This document shows, one piece after another, positions 36,636 through 50,437 of a DNA stretch of 64,000 nt. The position numbers and the translations under genes were made by a program. The number at the start of each line of letters is the position of its first letter. Within the stretch, counting starts at the first letter, position 1. The notes under the pieces are model-generated. The model was not told where the DNA came from and did no database searches. It saw only the letters and a program-made list of their open reading frames with translations. Origin of the DNA: Paramoeba atlantica (taxonomy: Eukaryota > Protista > Discosea); NCBI GenBank assembly GCA_977017575.1, contig CDRNVI010000203.1, forward strand, positions 1-64,000, read 5' to 3'.

Positions 36636-39600
36636 TAATCACTACCCCTCACCAAAAGGTCGCAATAATATATGTTTTTAGCGTTTAAGATCTGGAGACC
36701 ATTTTCAAAATAGAAAATGTCAATCGCTTTTTTCTTACGCAAGTACGTCAAAAAAATCGTTTTTCTCCATGAGCTAAAACGAGTTAGTTCGATCGGGCTT
36801 TTTTTGATGCTTTTTTTGGATCGCAGCTTCAACAAAAAAAAATTTCCGCTGCTGTTTTCCAACAAAGAAAATTATAAAAAAATAATTTTGTTGTTGTCAA
36901 ATACGATCTTTTAAAATATAAAATTTTTTTTATCGTTATAAATTTTATTCCGACATAAATTTGTTGGAAAAGTAACAGTAAAAAGTTGTTAATGAAAAAA
37001 AAATAAATTCATTAACAACAACGTTGATGAAAAATAACAATCAACGCTGTTAAATTTCCAACAAAATAATGTCAGAAAAAAATTTCTGCCGAAATAATTT
37101 AGCTGATTAAATTTTTATCACGACAAAAATATTTTTTTGTTGATCAATTAAATCGTTATTAACAAAAAAGTTATAACGCTGTTAATTTTCCAACATAAAA
37201 ATTTTTTATCTCTCAAAAAATATTTTTTGATGTTCAAAGTTATCGTTTGATAACAAAAAAGTTATAACGCTGTAACTTTTCCAACAAAAAAAATTTTTTT
37301 TCGTGTTAAAAATTATTTTTGATCAATAAAAATTATTTTCGATGTTCAAATTCATCGTTTGATAACAAAAAAGTTATAACGCTGTTAATTTTCCATCAAA
37401 AATTATTTTTTTTGCTTCAAAAATTTTTTTTAACATAAAAATTTATAATGATGATTACAAAATAAGTGTTGCAACTCAAAAAAGTTGTTTAACACTGTTA
37501 ATTTTCCATCAACATCATAATTTTTATTTAAAAATTTTAATCAAAATCAATTTTATAAACATTTTTTGTAAAAAAATTAAAATTTTTACTGGAAAATTAC
37601 GGTGAGATGCATAAAAATTAGATTTAAACATAAATTTATGCAAACTACCGTTTAATTTCCAACAAAATTTAAATTTTTTTCATTCAAAAATAGATTTTTT
37701 TAATTTTTCGCCGACAAAATTGAAAAAAAATTGAATTTTCATTCAAAAAGTTGTAAAATTGAGTCTCAGGATGAAAAAGTGGAAAAAGACCACATTTTAT
37801 CAATTCGACGCTAAATTAGCAAAAAATTTCAATTTCTACACCTAAATGACTGTAGAAATTGGTGTTTTCCTACAATTTTGTGGAAACTCCTGACAAACAC
37901 TGCTAAATTTCCAACAAAAAGTCAATTTGCAGGTGCTGCCCGTGGATTTTCCAACAAAATACTAGCAAAACTACTCAAAATGCTATTTTTCCGGCAGAAA
38001 ACCGTCAAAATCTGCTTTTTCTGGGCAGGAATGACAAAAACGGCCCAAAAAAGGCCCTGTCATTTTGCCCAAAAACGCAGTATTTTTTCCTGTTCTGGCC
38101 TGCAAATTAGCGGATGTCCAAGTGCCCCAAAAAAAGTGACTTGGACTCCGAGCCGACTCGAAAAGTCGTATTTTCCGGCAGAAACGAAAAAATATGCCAC
38201 ATTTTGTCCGACGATTATTTACAACTTTTTCTCGCATCCCATCATAGCGATTTTGCGGATCTGCAAGTTGGGAGGGAACCAACTGCATTTTTTGGCCGTT
38301 TTGAACCCGTTTTGTAAAAAATCGCATATATAAACTCCATAATTTCCCCTCAGAAATCTGCCACTTTTGGACGCCAAAAAGTGTTTTGCAGAATCTCGAG
38401 GGCAAAATAGGAGTTTTTTGACCCGATTTTGTGAACAAAACTGGCATCAAAAACTATTCCAAATGCTCCAATCCGAATTTCAGCTATTGAACACTAAAAA
38501 TGCTGAAAATCGCTATTTCGCACTGGAATTCCGCCAAAACTCCTTTTCAATGCGTATTTTGGGCGAGAAAATCGTGAATTTTATAATTTTTAAACTTTTT
38601 TTTGTATAATTTATCATTTTTAGCGCGGATTTGTATAATTTCTCGCATAATTTATTAGTTTTATAGCGTTGTAGTTAAAATTTTCATAATTTTATCATCA
38701 AAGTCATCATTTTTCTATAATTTCAAACAAAATTATTAAAAAAAATGTTGTCTCAGACGAAAAAATTGCATGAAAGTTGTTAAACAACACTAAAACTAAA
38801 AAAATATCCCGCAGAAATTAAAAAACCGTGATAAAAATTTATAAATTCAAAAGAAAAATTTAAAAATCTTAAAAATTTATGATGAAATCATCTTCTTTGT
38901 ACCAAAATCAGATGTAAACATCAAAAAATTTTTTTAAAATCACTAGTTGAAACCATCGTCTATGGTTTCTTTTGTTAATGATCAATGTTTTCATTTCATT
39001 CATAACATTTTCACGTTAACTTCGTTCAACTAACTTGAATTTTATTAAAATTATGATTCATAAAATAATTTTTTCATTGCTAAAAATAAAACCGCAATGG
39101 AAATTATTATGAAACAAGTTTTAATAATTCAAACTTAAGTTTGAACTCGAGTTATAAAATTTTAATAACATTAATATATACTTTTAAATAACTTCTATAA
39201 TTAATTCAAAAGAGAATTTATAATTAAGAACTTATAAAACTATATTTAATGATTTAAAACTTAATAACTTGTTGTAATGTTTTCAATATAATAATATATT
39301 TACGATATATTATCTTCTTTGTTCCAAAATCAGATGTTGATTATCGTACATTCTTATTACATGAAAACATAACAACATAAAGAATACAATAGGCACTCCT
39401 TACATTTAAATGCCCTTAATATAATTTATCGATATATTTAATTACACAAATAATTTAAAATATAATTTATAAAATATTAATAAAGTTCATGTAAAATGTA
39501 AGAAGTTACCCTAGTTTTCCTGGTATTGTGAGTATGTTTTCATGTAATAAACATGTACGATAATCAACATCTGATTTTGACTCAAAGCAGAGTAATCATC

Positions 39601-41244
39601 GTTAAATATCGTTACAAAGTTATTACAAATAAAACATAAATCACTAATAACAGGAAAATATTAAATACAAAAATATTTAATAAACTTCGATGCAAAAAAG
39701 CATCTTGACAATCTCTGTGTTTTTGTTAAAAAAAATAGCGTAAAACTACAAAACCATATATATAAAATGAAAAGTGTATAAAAAAGAAAAGCATACACTT
39801 TGATACATTCAATCGAAAAATATCTCAATCATGTATCATTAATTTTAGTATATATGGTAGGAGTTTTACCTTTACAGTGCTATTAGTCATGTTTTCATGT
39901 AATAAGAATGTACGATAATCAACATCTGATTTGCACTCAAAGTAGAGTAATCATCGTTAAATATCAGTACAAAGTCATTACAAGAAAACTAAAGATTAAA
40001 GCACTGTAAAATTGCACTAAGATTTCCTTCAGAAATTCAAGTGCAAATATCCGCCCAACTTATAAAATATAAGTGGCGTCTATATATATTTTTTTATCGA
40101 AAAAAACGATAAATAAATAAAGATCATGATAAGATTTCTACGAAATTCAATCATGAAGCATACACTATAGTGTATGCAAATTATTACAAAAATAATAATT
40201 TTAAAATTTTTTCTTCGAAATTCAAAGAAGAATTTATTCGAAAAAAATATAAATTTTAATGTTTTCGTGTTTAACTACAACTTAAATTTATATATATTTC
40301 GTTAAATTAAGAGAATAATTAAACGAAACTGTTACTCGGCAAAAATAAGGGAATTTTTGAGTAACAGACCGTTCAAATTGAAAACAAAAAAACAATTTGC
40401 ACGGCAATTCTTGGGGTTTTTACGCCTCACGGCTTCGTGATTGGACTAAAGAGCAGGAGCGAGAGCAAGAAAGTTTGCAGGGGTAGTTGAGTTAGCTATT
40501 CCCGGTGGAAGCTAACCTCGATTCTTTAGTCTTTAGTTGTGGTAATTTGGGATAGTGAAGTAAAATTTTTAAAGTTCACTATCGACAATTACTATTCTCT
40601 TTCATCTTTTGGCGTGCATTGCTAATTGATCCCAATAGACAATCACATTCAGAAATGATCGTTGCTATCCCTATATGTATGTAAAATATCATACATAAGA
40701 ATCAATAAGATCTATTTCGTCTCCTCTTTCATCCTTTTAACATAGCAAGACTAATCTATATTATATAATTATTATTCAACTTTTTTAATTATATTTTATC
40801 TGCTTGAACACCATAGTTCGATAAAAAATAAATAAAAAGATGAATAAATAACTAAAAAATAAAGATAGACAAGAACAAGAATAGTTTAGTTTAATTCCGT
40901 GTTAAATCCTCAATCCTTAAGTCGGATTTGTCACTCCATATACGATCAAACTTTATTTACTTAAATTTTTACAAAGATAGTAAAATTAAAAGTATAAAGA
41001 TGATCTAGCTCACCAGTTTTATTTAAATTAAAATCTTACACAATGATTTTATATTTATAAACTACTCGCTTCCATCGACCCTCGACTTTGTTGAAGTTTA
41101 AGTTTTTGAGTTTACGATATTAAAGAGAAAAAAAATATTATTGCGCTCTATTGGTGGGGCTTTCGTTAGATTATTAAAAGCTCAACGTCATTGTTCGCGT
41201 TTTACGTTACACTCCACAAGCTAAACAAGTGCGTTCTGCCTTAA
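36636..41244. repeat. Unit 9, type A
   Basis: A cassette zone at ~39267-40156. Confidence 0.95.
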
Positions 41245-44200
41245 TAATCACTACCCCTCACCAAAAGGTCGCAATAATATATGTTTTTAGCGTTTAAGAT
41301 CTGGAGACCATTTTCAAAATAGAAAATGTCAATCGCTTTTTTCTTACGCAAGTACGTCAAAAAAATCGTTTTTCTCCATGAGCTAAAACGAGTTAGTTCG
41401 ATCGGGCTTTTTTTGATGCTTTTTTTGGATCGCAGCTTCAACAAAAAAAAATTTCTGCTGCTGTTTTCCAACAAAGAAAATTATAAAAAAATAATTTTGT
41501 TGTTGTCAAATACGATCTTTTAAAATATAAAATTTTTTTTATCGTTATAAATTTTATTCCAACATAAATTTGTTGGAAAAGTAACAGTAAAAAGTTGTTA
41601 ATGAAAAAAAATAAATTCATTAACAACAACGTTGATGAAAAATATCAATCAACGCTGTTAAATTTCCAACAAAATAATGTCAGAAAAAAATTTCTGCCGA
41701 AATAATTTAGCTGATTAAATTTTTATCACGACAAAAATATTTTTTTGTGGATCAATTAAATCGTTATTAACAAAAAAGTTATAACGCTGTTAATTTTCCA
41801 ACCTAAAAATTTTTTATCTCTCAAAAAATATTTTTTGATGTTCAAAGTTATCGTTTGATAACAAAAAAGTTATAACGCTGTAACTTTTCCAACAAAAAAA
41901 ATTTTTTTTCGTGTTAAAAATTATTTTTGATCAATAAAAATTATTTTCGATGTTCAAATTCATCGTTTGATAACAAAAAAGTTATAACGCTGTTAATTTT
42001 CCATCAAAAATTATTTTTTTTTGCTTCAAAAATTTTTTTTAACATAAAAATTTATAATGATGATTACAAAATAAGTGTTGCAACTCAAAAAAGTTGTTTA
42101 ACACTGTTAATTTTCCATCAACATCATAATTTTTATTTAAAAATTTTAATCAAGATCAATTTTATAAACATTTTTTGTAAAAAAATTAAAATTTTTACTG
42201 GAAAATTACGGTGAGATGCATAAAAATTAGATTTAAACATAAATTTATGCAAACTACCGTTTAATTTCCAACAAAATTTAAATTTTTTTCATTCAAAAAT
42301 AGATTTTTTTAATTTTTCGCCGACAAAATTGAAAAAAAATTGAATTTTCATTCAAAAAGTTGTAAAATTGAGTCTCAGGATGAAAAAGTGGAAAAAGACC
42401 ACATTTTATCAATTCGACGCTAAATTAGCAAAAAATTTCAATTTCTACACCTAAATGACTGTAGAAATTGGTGTTTTCCTACAATTTTGTGGAAATCCCT
42501 GACAAACACTGCTAAATTTCCAACAAAAAGTCAATTTGCAGGTGCTGCCCGTGGATTTTCCAACAAAATACTAGCAAAACTACTCAAAATGCTATTTTTC
42601 CGGCAGAAAACCGTCAAAATCTGCTTTTTCTGGGCAGGAATGACAAAAACGGCCCAAAAAAGGCCCTGTCATTTTGCCCAAAAACGCAGTATTTTTTCCT
42701 GTTCTGGCCTGCAAATTAGCGGATGTCCAAAGCCCCCAAAAAAAGTGACTTGGACTCCGAGCCGACTCGAAAAGTCGTATTTTCCGGCAGAAACGAAAAA
42801 ATATGCCACATTTTGTCCGACGATTATTTACAACTTTTTCTCGCATCCCATCATGGCGATTTTGCGGATCTGCAGGTTGGGAGGGAGCCAACTGCATTTT
42901 TTGGCCGTTTTGAACCCGTTTTGTAAAAAATCGCATATATAAACTCCATAATTTCCCCTCAGAAATCTGCCACTTTTGGAGGCCAAAAAGTGTTTTGCAG
43001 AATCTCGAGGGCAAAATAGGAGTTTTTTGACCCGATTTTGTGAACAAAACTGGCATCAAAAACTATTCCAAATGCTCCAATCCGAATTTCAGCTATTGAA
43101 CACTAAAAATGCTGAAAATCGCTATTTCGCACTGGAATTCCGCCAAAACTCCTTTTCAATGCGTATTTTGGGCGAGAAAACCGTCGATTTTATAATTTTT
43201 AAACTTTTTTTTGTATAATTTATCATTTTTAGCGCGGATTTCTATAATTTCTCGCATAATTTATTAGTTTTATAGCGTTGTAGTTAAAATTTTCATAATT
43301 TTATCATCAAAGTCATCATTTTTCTATAATTTCAAACAAAATTATTAAAAAAAATGTTGTCTCAGACGAAAAAATTGCATGAAAGTTGTTAAACAACACT
43401 AAAACTAAAAAAATATCCCGCAGAAATTAAAAAACCGTGATAAAAATTTATAAATTCAAAAGAAAAATTTAAAAATCTTAAAAATTTATGATGAAATCAT
43501 CTTCTTTGTACCAAAATCAGATGTAAACATCAAAAAATTTTTTTAAAATCACTAGCTGAAACCATCGTCTATGGTTTCTTTTGTTAATGATCAATGTTTT
43601 CATTTCATTCATAACATTTTCACGTTAACTTCGTTCAACTAACTTGAATTTTATTAAAATTATGATTCATAAAATAATTTTTTCATTGCTAAAAATAGAA
43701 TCGCAATGGAAATTATTATGAAACAAGTTTTAATAATTCAAACTTAAGTTTGAACTCGAGTTATAAAATTTTAATAACATTAATATATACTTTTAAATAA
43801 CTTCTATAATTAATTCAAAAGAGAATTTATAATTATGAACTTATAAAACTATATTTAATGATTTAAAAATTTAATAACTTGTTCTAATGTTTTCAATGTA
43901 ATACGATATTTACGATATATGATCTTCTTTGTTCCAAAATCAGATGTTGATTATCGTACATTCTTATTACATGAAAACAAAGAACAGCTACGGATAAGAA
44001 CTGAAATGCCTTCCATATACCGAGATACTTTAAATTGATTATAGATAAATTTTCTAAAATATTTAATTACAAAAATAATTTAAAATATTATTTACAAAAC
44101 TTATAAATATAATCAATAAAAGTATACGTTATAAAGGAGCGCATAGTTCCTATCACTTTTAAATACGCTATTTTCCTTGATAAAAAAAATCACTGGAAAA

Positions 44201-45782
44201 TTAGCAGTCTTTAAAGAACTTCGATACAAAAAAGTATCTTGACAATCTCTGTTGTTTTTGTTACAAAAAAATAGTAAATAACTTCAAACATATATACAAA
44301 ATTAAACGTGTATAAAAAAAGAAAAACATACACTTTGATACATTCAATCAAAAAAGATCTCAATCATGTATCATTAACTTTAGCATATATGTAAGAAGTT
44401 CCTTGGTGATTAATTCTTTTACGGTTTTCATGTAATAAACATGTACGATAATCAACATCTGATTTTAACTCAAAGCAGAGTAATCATCGTTAAATATCGT
44501 ACAAAAGTTATTACAAAGAAAACTGCTAAGAATTATCATCAGGAAATTGCACTAAGATTTCCTTCAGAAATTCAAGTACAAATATCCGCTTAACTTATAA
44601 AAAGATATAAGTAGCTTCTATATATATTTTTTTATCGAAAAAACGATAAATAAATAAAGATCATGATAAGATTTCTACGAAATTCAATCATGAAGCATAC
44701 ACTATAGTGTATGCAAATTATTACAAAAATAATAATTTTAAAATTTTTTTCTTCGTAATTCAAAGAAGAATTTACTTGAAAAAAAATATAAATTTTAATG
44801 TTTTCGTGTTTAACTACAACTTAAATTTATATATATTTCGTTAAATTAAGAGAATAATTAAACGAAACTGTTACTCGGCAAAAATAAGGGAATTTTTGAG
44901 TAACAGACCGTTCAAATTGAAAACAAAAAAACAATTTGCACGGCAATTCTTGGGGTTTTTACGCCTCACGGCTTCGTGATCGGACTAAAGAGCAGTAGCG
45001 AGAGCAAGAAAGTTTGCAGGGGTAGTTGAGTTAGCTATTCCCGGTGGTAGCTAACCTCGATTCCTTAGTCTTTAGTTGTGGTAATTTGGGATAGCGAAGT
45101 AAAATTTTTAAAGTTCGCTATCGACAATTACTATTCTCTTTCATCTTTTGGCGTGCATTGCTAATTGATCCCAATAGACAATCACATTCAGAAACGATCG
45201 TAGCTTTACCTATATGTATGTAAAATATCATACATAAGAATCAATAAGATCTGTTTCGTCTCCTCTTTTTTCTTTTAAAATAGCAGGACTAATCTATATT
45301 ATATAATTATTATTCAACTTTTTTAATTATATTTTATCTGCTTGAACACCATAGTTCGATAAAAAATAAATAAAAAGATGAATAAATAACTAAAAAATAA
45401 AGATAGACAAGAACAAGAATAGTTTAGTTTAATTCCGTGTTAAATCCTCAATCCTTAAGTCGGATTTGTCACTCCATATACGATCAAACTTTATTTACTT
45501 AAATTTTTACAAAGATAGTAAAATTAAAAGTATAAAGATGATCTAGCTCACCAGTTTTATTTAAATTAAAATCTTACACAATGATTTTATATTTATAAAC
45601 TACTCGCTTCCATCGACCCTCGACTTTGTTGAAGTTTGAGTGTTTGAGTTTACGATATTAAAGAGAAAAAAAATATTATTGCGCTCTATTGGTGGGGCTT
45701 TCGTTAAATTATTAAAAGCTCAACGTCATTGTTCGCGTTTTACGTTACACTCCACAAGCTAAACAAGTGCGTTCTGCCTTAA
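41245..45782. repeat. Unit 10, type C
   Basis: C cassette zone; period 4538. Confidence 0.95.
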
Positions 45783-48700
45783 TAATCACTACCCCTCACC
45801 AAAAGGTCGCAATAATATATGTTTTTAGCGTTTAAGATCTGGAGACCATTTTCAAAATAGAAAATGTCAATCGCTTTTTTCTTACGCAAGTACGTCAAAA
45901 AAATCGTTTTTCTCCATGAGCTAAAACGAGTTAGTTCGATCGGGTGTTTTTTGATGCTTTTTTTGGATCGCAGCTTCAACAAAAAAAAATTTCCACTGCT
46001 GTTTTCCAACAAAGAAAATTATAAAAAAATAATTTTGTTGTTGTCAAATACGATCTTTTAAAATATAAAATTTTTTTTATCGTTATAAATTTTATTCCAA
46101 CATAAATTTGTTGGAAAAGTAACAGTAAAAAGTTGTTAATGAAAAAAAATAAATTCATTAACAACAACGTTGATGAAAAATAACAATCAACGCTGTTAAA
46201 TTTCCAACAAAATAATGTCAGAAAAAAATTTCTGCCGAAATAATTTAGCTGATTAAATTTTTATCACGACAAAAATATTTTTTTGTTGATCAATTAAATC
46301 GTTATTAACAAAAAAGTTATAACGCTGTTAATTTTCCAACATAAAAATTTTTTATCTCTCAAAAAATATTTTTTGATGTTCAAAGTTATCGTTTGATAAC
46401 AAAAAAGTTATAACGCTGTAACTTTTCCAACAAAAAAATTTTTTTTCGTGTTAAAAATTATTTTTGATCAATAAAAATTATTTTCGATGTTCAAATTCAT
46501 CGTTTGATAACAAAAAAGTTATAACGCTGTTAATTTTCCATCAAAAATTATTTTTTTTGCTTCAAAAATTTTTTTTAACATAAAAATTTATGATGATGAT
46601 TACAAAACCAGTGTTGCAACTCAAAAAAGTTGTTTAACACTGTGAATTTTCCATCAACATCATAATTTTTATTTAAAAATTTTAATCAAAATCAATTTTA
46701 TAAACATTTTTTGTAAAAAAATTAAAATTTTTACTGGAAAATTACGGTGAGATGCATAAAAATTAGATTTAAACATAAATTTATGCAAACTACCGTTTAA
46801 TTTCCAACAAAATTTAAATTTTTTTCATTCAAAAATAGATTTTTTTAATTTTTCGCTGACAAAATTGAAAAAAAATTGAATTTTCATTCAAAAAGTTGTA
46901 AAATTGAGTCTCAGGATGAAAAAGTGGAAAAAGACCACATTTTATCAATTCGACGCTAAATTAGCAAAAAATTTCAATTTCTACACCTAAATGACTGTAG
47001 AAATTGGTGTTTTCCTACAATTTTGTGGAAATCCCTGACAAACACTGCTAAATTTCCAACAAAAAGTCAATTTGCAGGTGCTGCCCGTGGATTTTCCAAC
47101 AAAATACTAGCAAAACTACTCAAAATGCTATTTTTCCGGCAGAAAACCGTCAAAATCTGCTTTTTCTGGGCAGGAATGACAAAAACGGCCCAAAAAAGGC
47201 CCTGTCATTTTGCCCAAAAACGCAGTATTTTTTCCTGTTCTGGCCTGCAAATTAGCGGATGTCCAAGTGCCCCAAAAAAAGTGACTTGCACTCCGAGCCG
47301 ACTCGAAAAGTCGTATTTTCCGGCAGAAACGAAAAAATATGCCACATTTTGTCCGACGATTATTTACAACTTTTTCTCGCATCCCATCATAGCGATTTTG
47401 CGGATCTGCAGGTTGGGAGGGAGCCAACTGCATTTTTTGGCCGTTTTGAACCCGTTTTGTAAAAAATCGCATATATAAACTCCTTAATTTCCCCTCAGAA
47501 ATCTGCCACTTTTGGAGACCAAAAAGTGTTTTGCAGAATCTAAAGTGGAAAATAGGAGTTTTTTGACCCGATTTTGTGAACAAAACTGGCATCAAAAACT
47601 ATTCCAAATGCTCCAATCCGAATTTCAGCTATTGAACACTAAAAATGCTGAAAATCGCTATTTCGCACTGGAATTCCGCCAAAACTCCTTTTCAATGCGT
47701 ATTTTGGGCGAGAAAACCGTCGATTTTATAATTTTTAAACTTTTTTTTGTATAATTTATCATTTTTAGCGCGGATTTCTATAATTTCTCGCATAATTTAT
47801 TAGTTTTATAGCGTTGTAGTTAAAATTTTCATAATTTTATCATCAAAGTCATCATTTTTCTATAATTTCAAACAAAATTATTAAAAAAAATGTTGTCTCA
47901 GACGAAAAAATTGCATGAAAGTTGTTAAACAACACTAAAACTAAAAAAATATCCCGCAGAAATTAAAAAACCGTGATAAAAATTTATAAATTCAAAAGAA
48001 AAATTTAAAAATCTTAAAAATTTATGATGAAATCATCTTCTTTGTACCAAAATCAGATGTAAACATCAAAAAATTTTTTTAAAATCACTAGTTGAAACCA
48101 TCGTCTATGGTTTCTTTTGTTAATGATCAATGTTTTCATTTCATTCATAACATTTTCACGTTAACTTCGTTCAACTAACTTGAATTTTATTAAAATTATG
48201 ATTCATAAAATAATTTTTTCATTGCTAAAAATAGAATCGCAATGGAAATTATTATGAAACAAGTTTTAATAATTCAAACTTAAGTTTGAACTCGAGTTAT
48301 AAAATTTTATAAATTTAAATTATAATTTCAATCATTTCTATAATTAATTCAATAGAGAATTTATAATTATGAAACTATGAAACTATATTTAATGATTTAA
48401 AATTTAATAATCCCTGTATGTGTTCTTTATGTTTTCAATGTCTGATGATATGTTCGATATATCATCTTCTTTGTACCAAAATCAGATGTTGATTATCGTA
48501 CATTCTTATTACATGAAAACAAAAAAGAACATACAACAGGGAAATACTAAGATACTTTAATAACTATTATGTATATAAATTGATCGAATATATAATTACA
48601 AAAATAATTTAAAATATTCAATAATATTAAATATATATAGTTATTAAAGTGATCTTGTATCCTAGTTCATGTCGATTCTTTTAGGTTTTCATGTAATAAG

Positions 48701-50437
48701 AATGTACGATAATCAACATCTGATTTTGACTCAAAGTAGAGTAATCATCGTTAAATATCAGTACAAAACTTATTACAAAGAAAACAACTAATAAAGCATC
48801 GACATGAAATTCTGCTAAGATTTCTACGAAATTCAAGCAGAAAATTACACTAAGATTTCCTATAGAAATTCAAGTGTAAACAAACATTAGTATTGCAAAA
48901 ACAATCTATGTTTGTATTAAAAAAAACACATCTAGAACAATATAATATAAATCAATAAAAATATTTAATTACAAAAATAATATAAAATATAATTTATAAA
49001 TTTATTATTAAAATGATCTAGATGAACATATTCCTGGGTATTCTAATGTGGTTTTCATGTAATAAACATGTACGATAATCAACATCTGATTTTGACTCAA
49101 AGTAGAGTAATCATCGTTAAATATCGTATAAAGTTTATTAATAATAAAACCACAAAGGAATCCAAGGAATAATTATGCTAAGATTTATACTAAATTCAAG
49201 CATAAGATTGCACTAAGATTTCCTTCAGAAATTCAAGTGCAAATATCCGCTCAACTTATAAAATATAAGTGGCGTCTATATATTTAATCATTACAAAAAT
49301 AATGAATTAAATAGATCATGATAAGATTTTTTACAAAAATTCAATCATGAAGCATACACTATAGTGTATGCAAATTATTACAAAAATAATAATTTTAAAA
49401 TTTTTTCTTCGAAATTCAAAGAAGAATTTATTCGAAAAAAATATAAATTTTAATGTTTACGTGTTTAACTACAACTTAAATTTATATATATTTCGTTAAA
49501 TTAAGAGAATAATTAAACGAAACTGTTACTCGGCAAAAATAAGGGAATTTTTGAGTAACAGACCGTTCAAATTGAAAACAAAAAAACAATTTGCACGGCA
49601 ATTCTTGGGGTTTTTACGCCTCACGGCTTCGTGATTGGACTAAAGAGCAGGAGCGAGAGCAAGAAAGTTTGCAGGGGTAGTTGAGTTAGCTATTCCCGGT
49701 GGTAGCTAACCTCGATTCCTTAGTCTTTAGTTGTGATAATTTGGGATAGCGAAGTAAAATTTTTAAAGTTCGCTATCGACAATTATTGTTCTCTTTCATC
49801 TTTTGGCGTGCATTGCTAATTGATCCCAATAGACAATCACATTCAGAAATGATCGTTGCTATCCCTATATGTATGTAAAATATCATACATAAGAATCAAT
49901 AAGATCTATTTCGTCTCCTCTTTTTTCTTTTAAAATAGCAGGACTAATCTATATTATATAGTTATTATTCAACTTTTTTAATTATATTTTATCTGCTTGA
50001 ACACCATAGTTCGATAAAAAATAAATAAAAAGATGAATAAATAACTAAAAAATAAAGATAGACAAGAACAAGAATAGTTTAGTTTAATTCCGTGTTAAAT
50101 CCTCAATCCTTAAGTCGGATTTGTCACTCCATATACGATCAAACTTTATTTACTTAAATTTTTACAAAGATAGTAAAATTAAAAGTATAAAGATGATCTA
50201 GCTCACCAGTTTTATTTAAATTAAAATCTTACACAATGATTTTATATTTATAAACTACTCGCTTCCATCGACCCTCGACTTTGTTGAAGTTTGAGTGTTT
50301 GAGTTTACGATATTAAAGAGAAAAAAAATATTATTGCGCTCTATTGGTGGGGCTTTCGTTAAATTATTAAAAGCTCAACGTCATTGTTCGCGTTTTACGT
50401 TACACTCCACAAGCTAAACAAGTGCGTTCTGCCTTAA
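45783..50437. repeat. Unit 11, type B
   Basis: B cassette zone at ~48411-49350; period 4655. Confidence 0.95.
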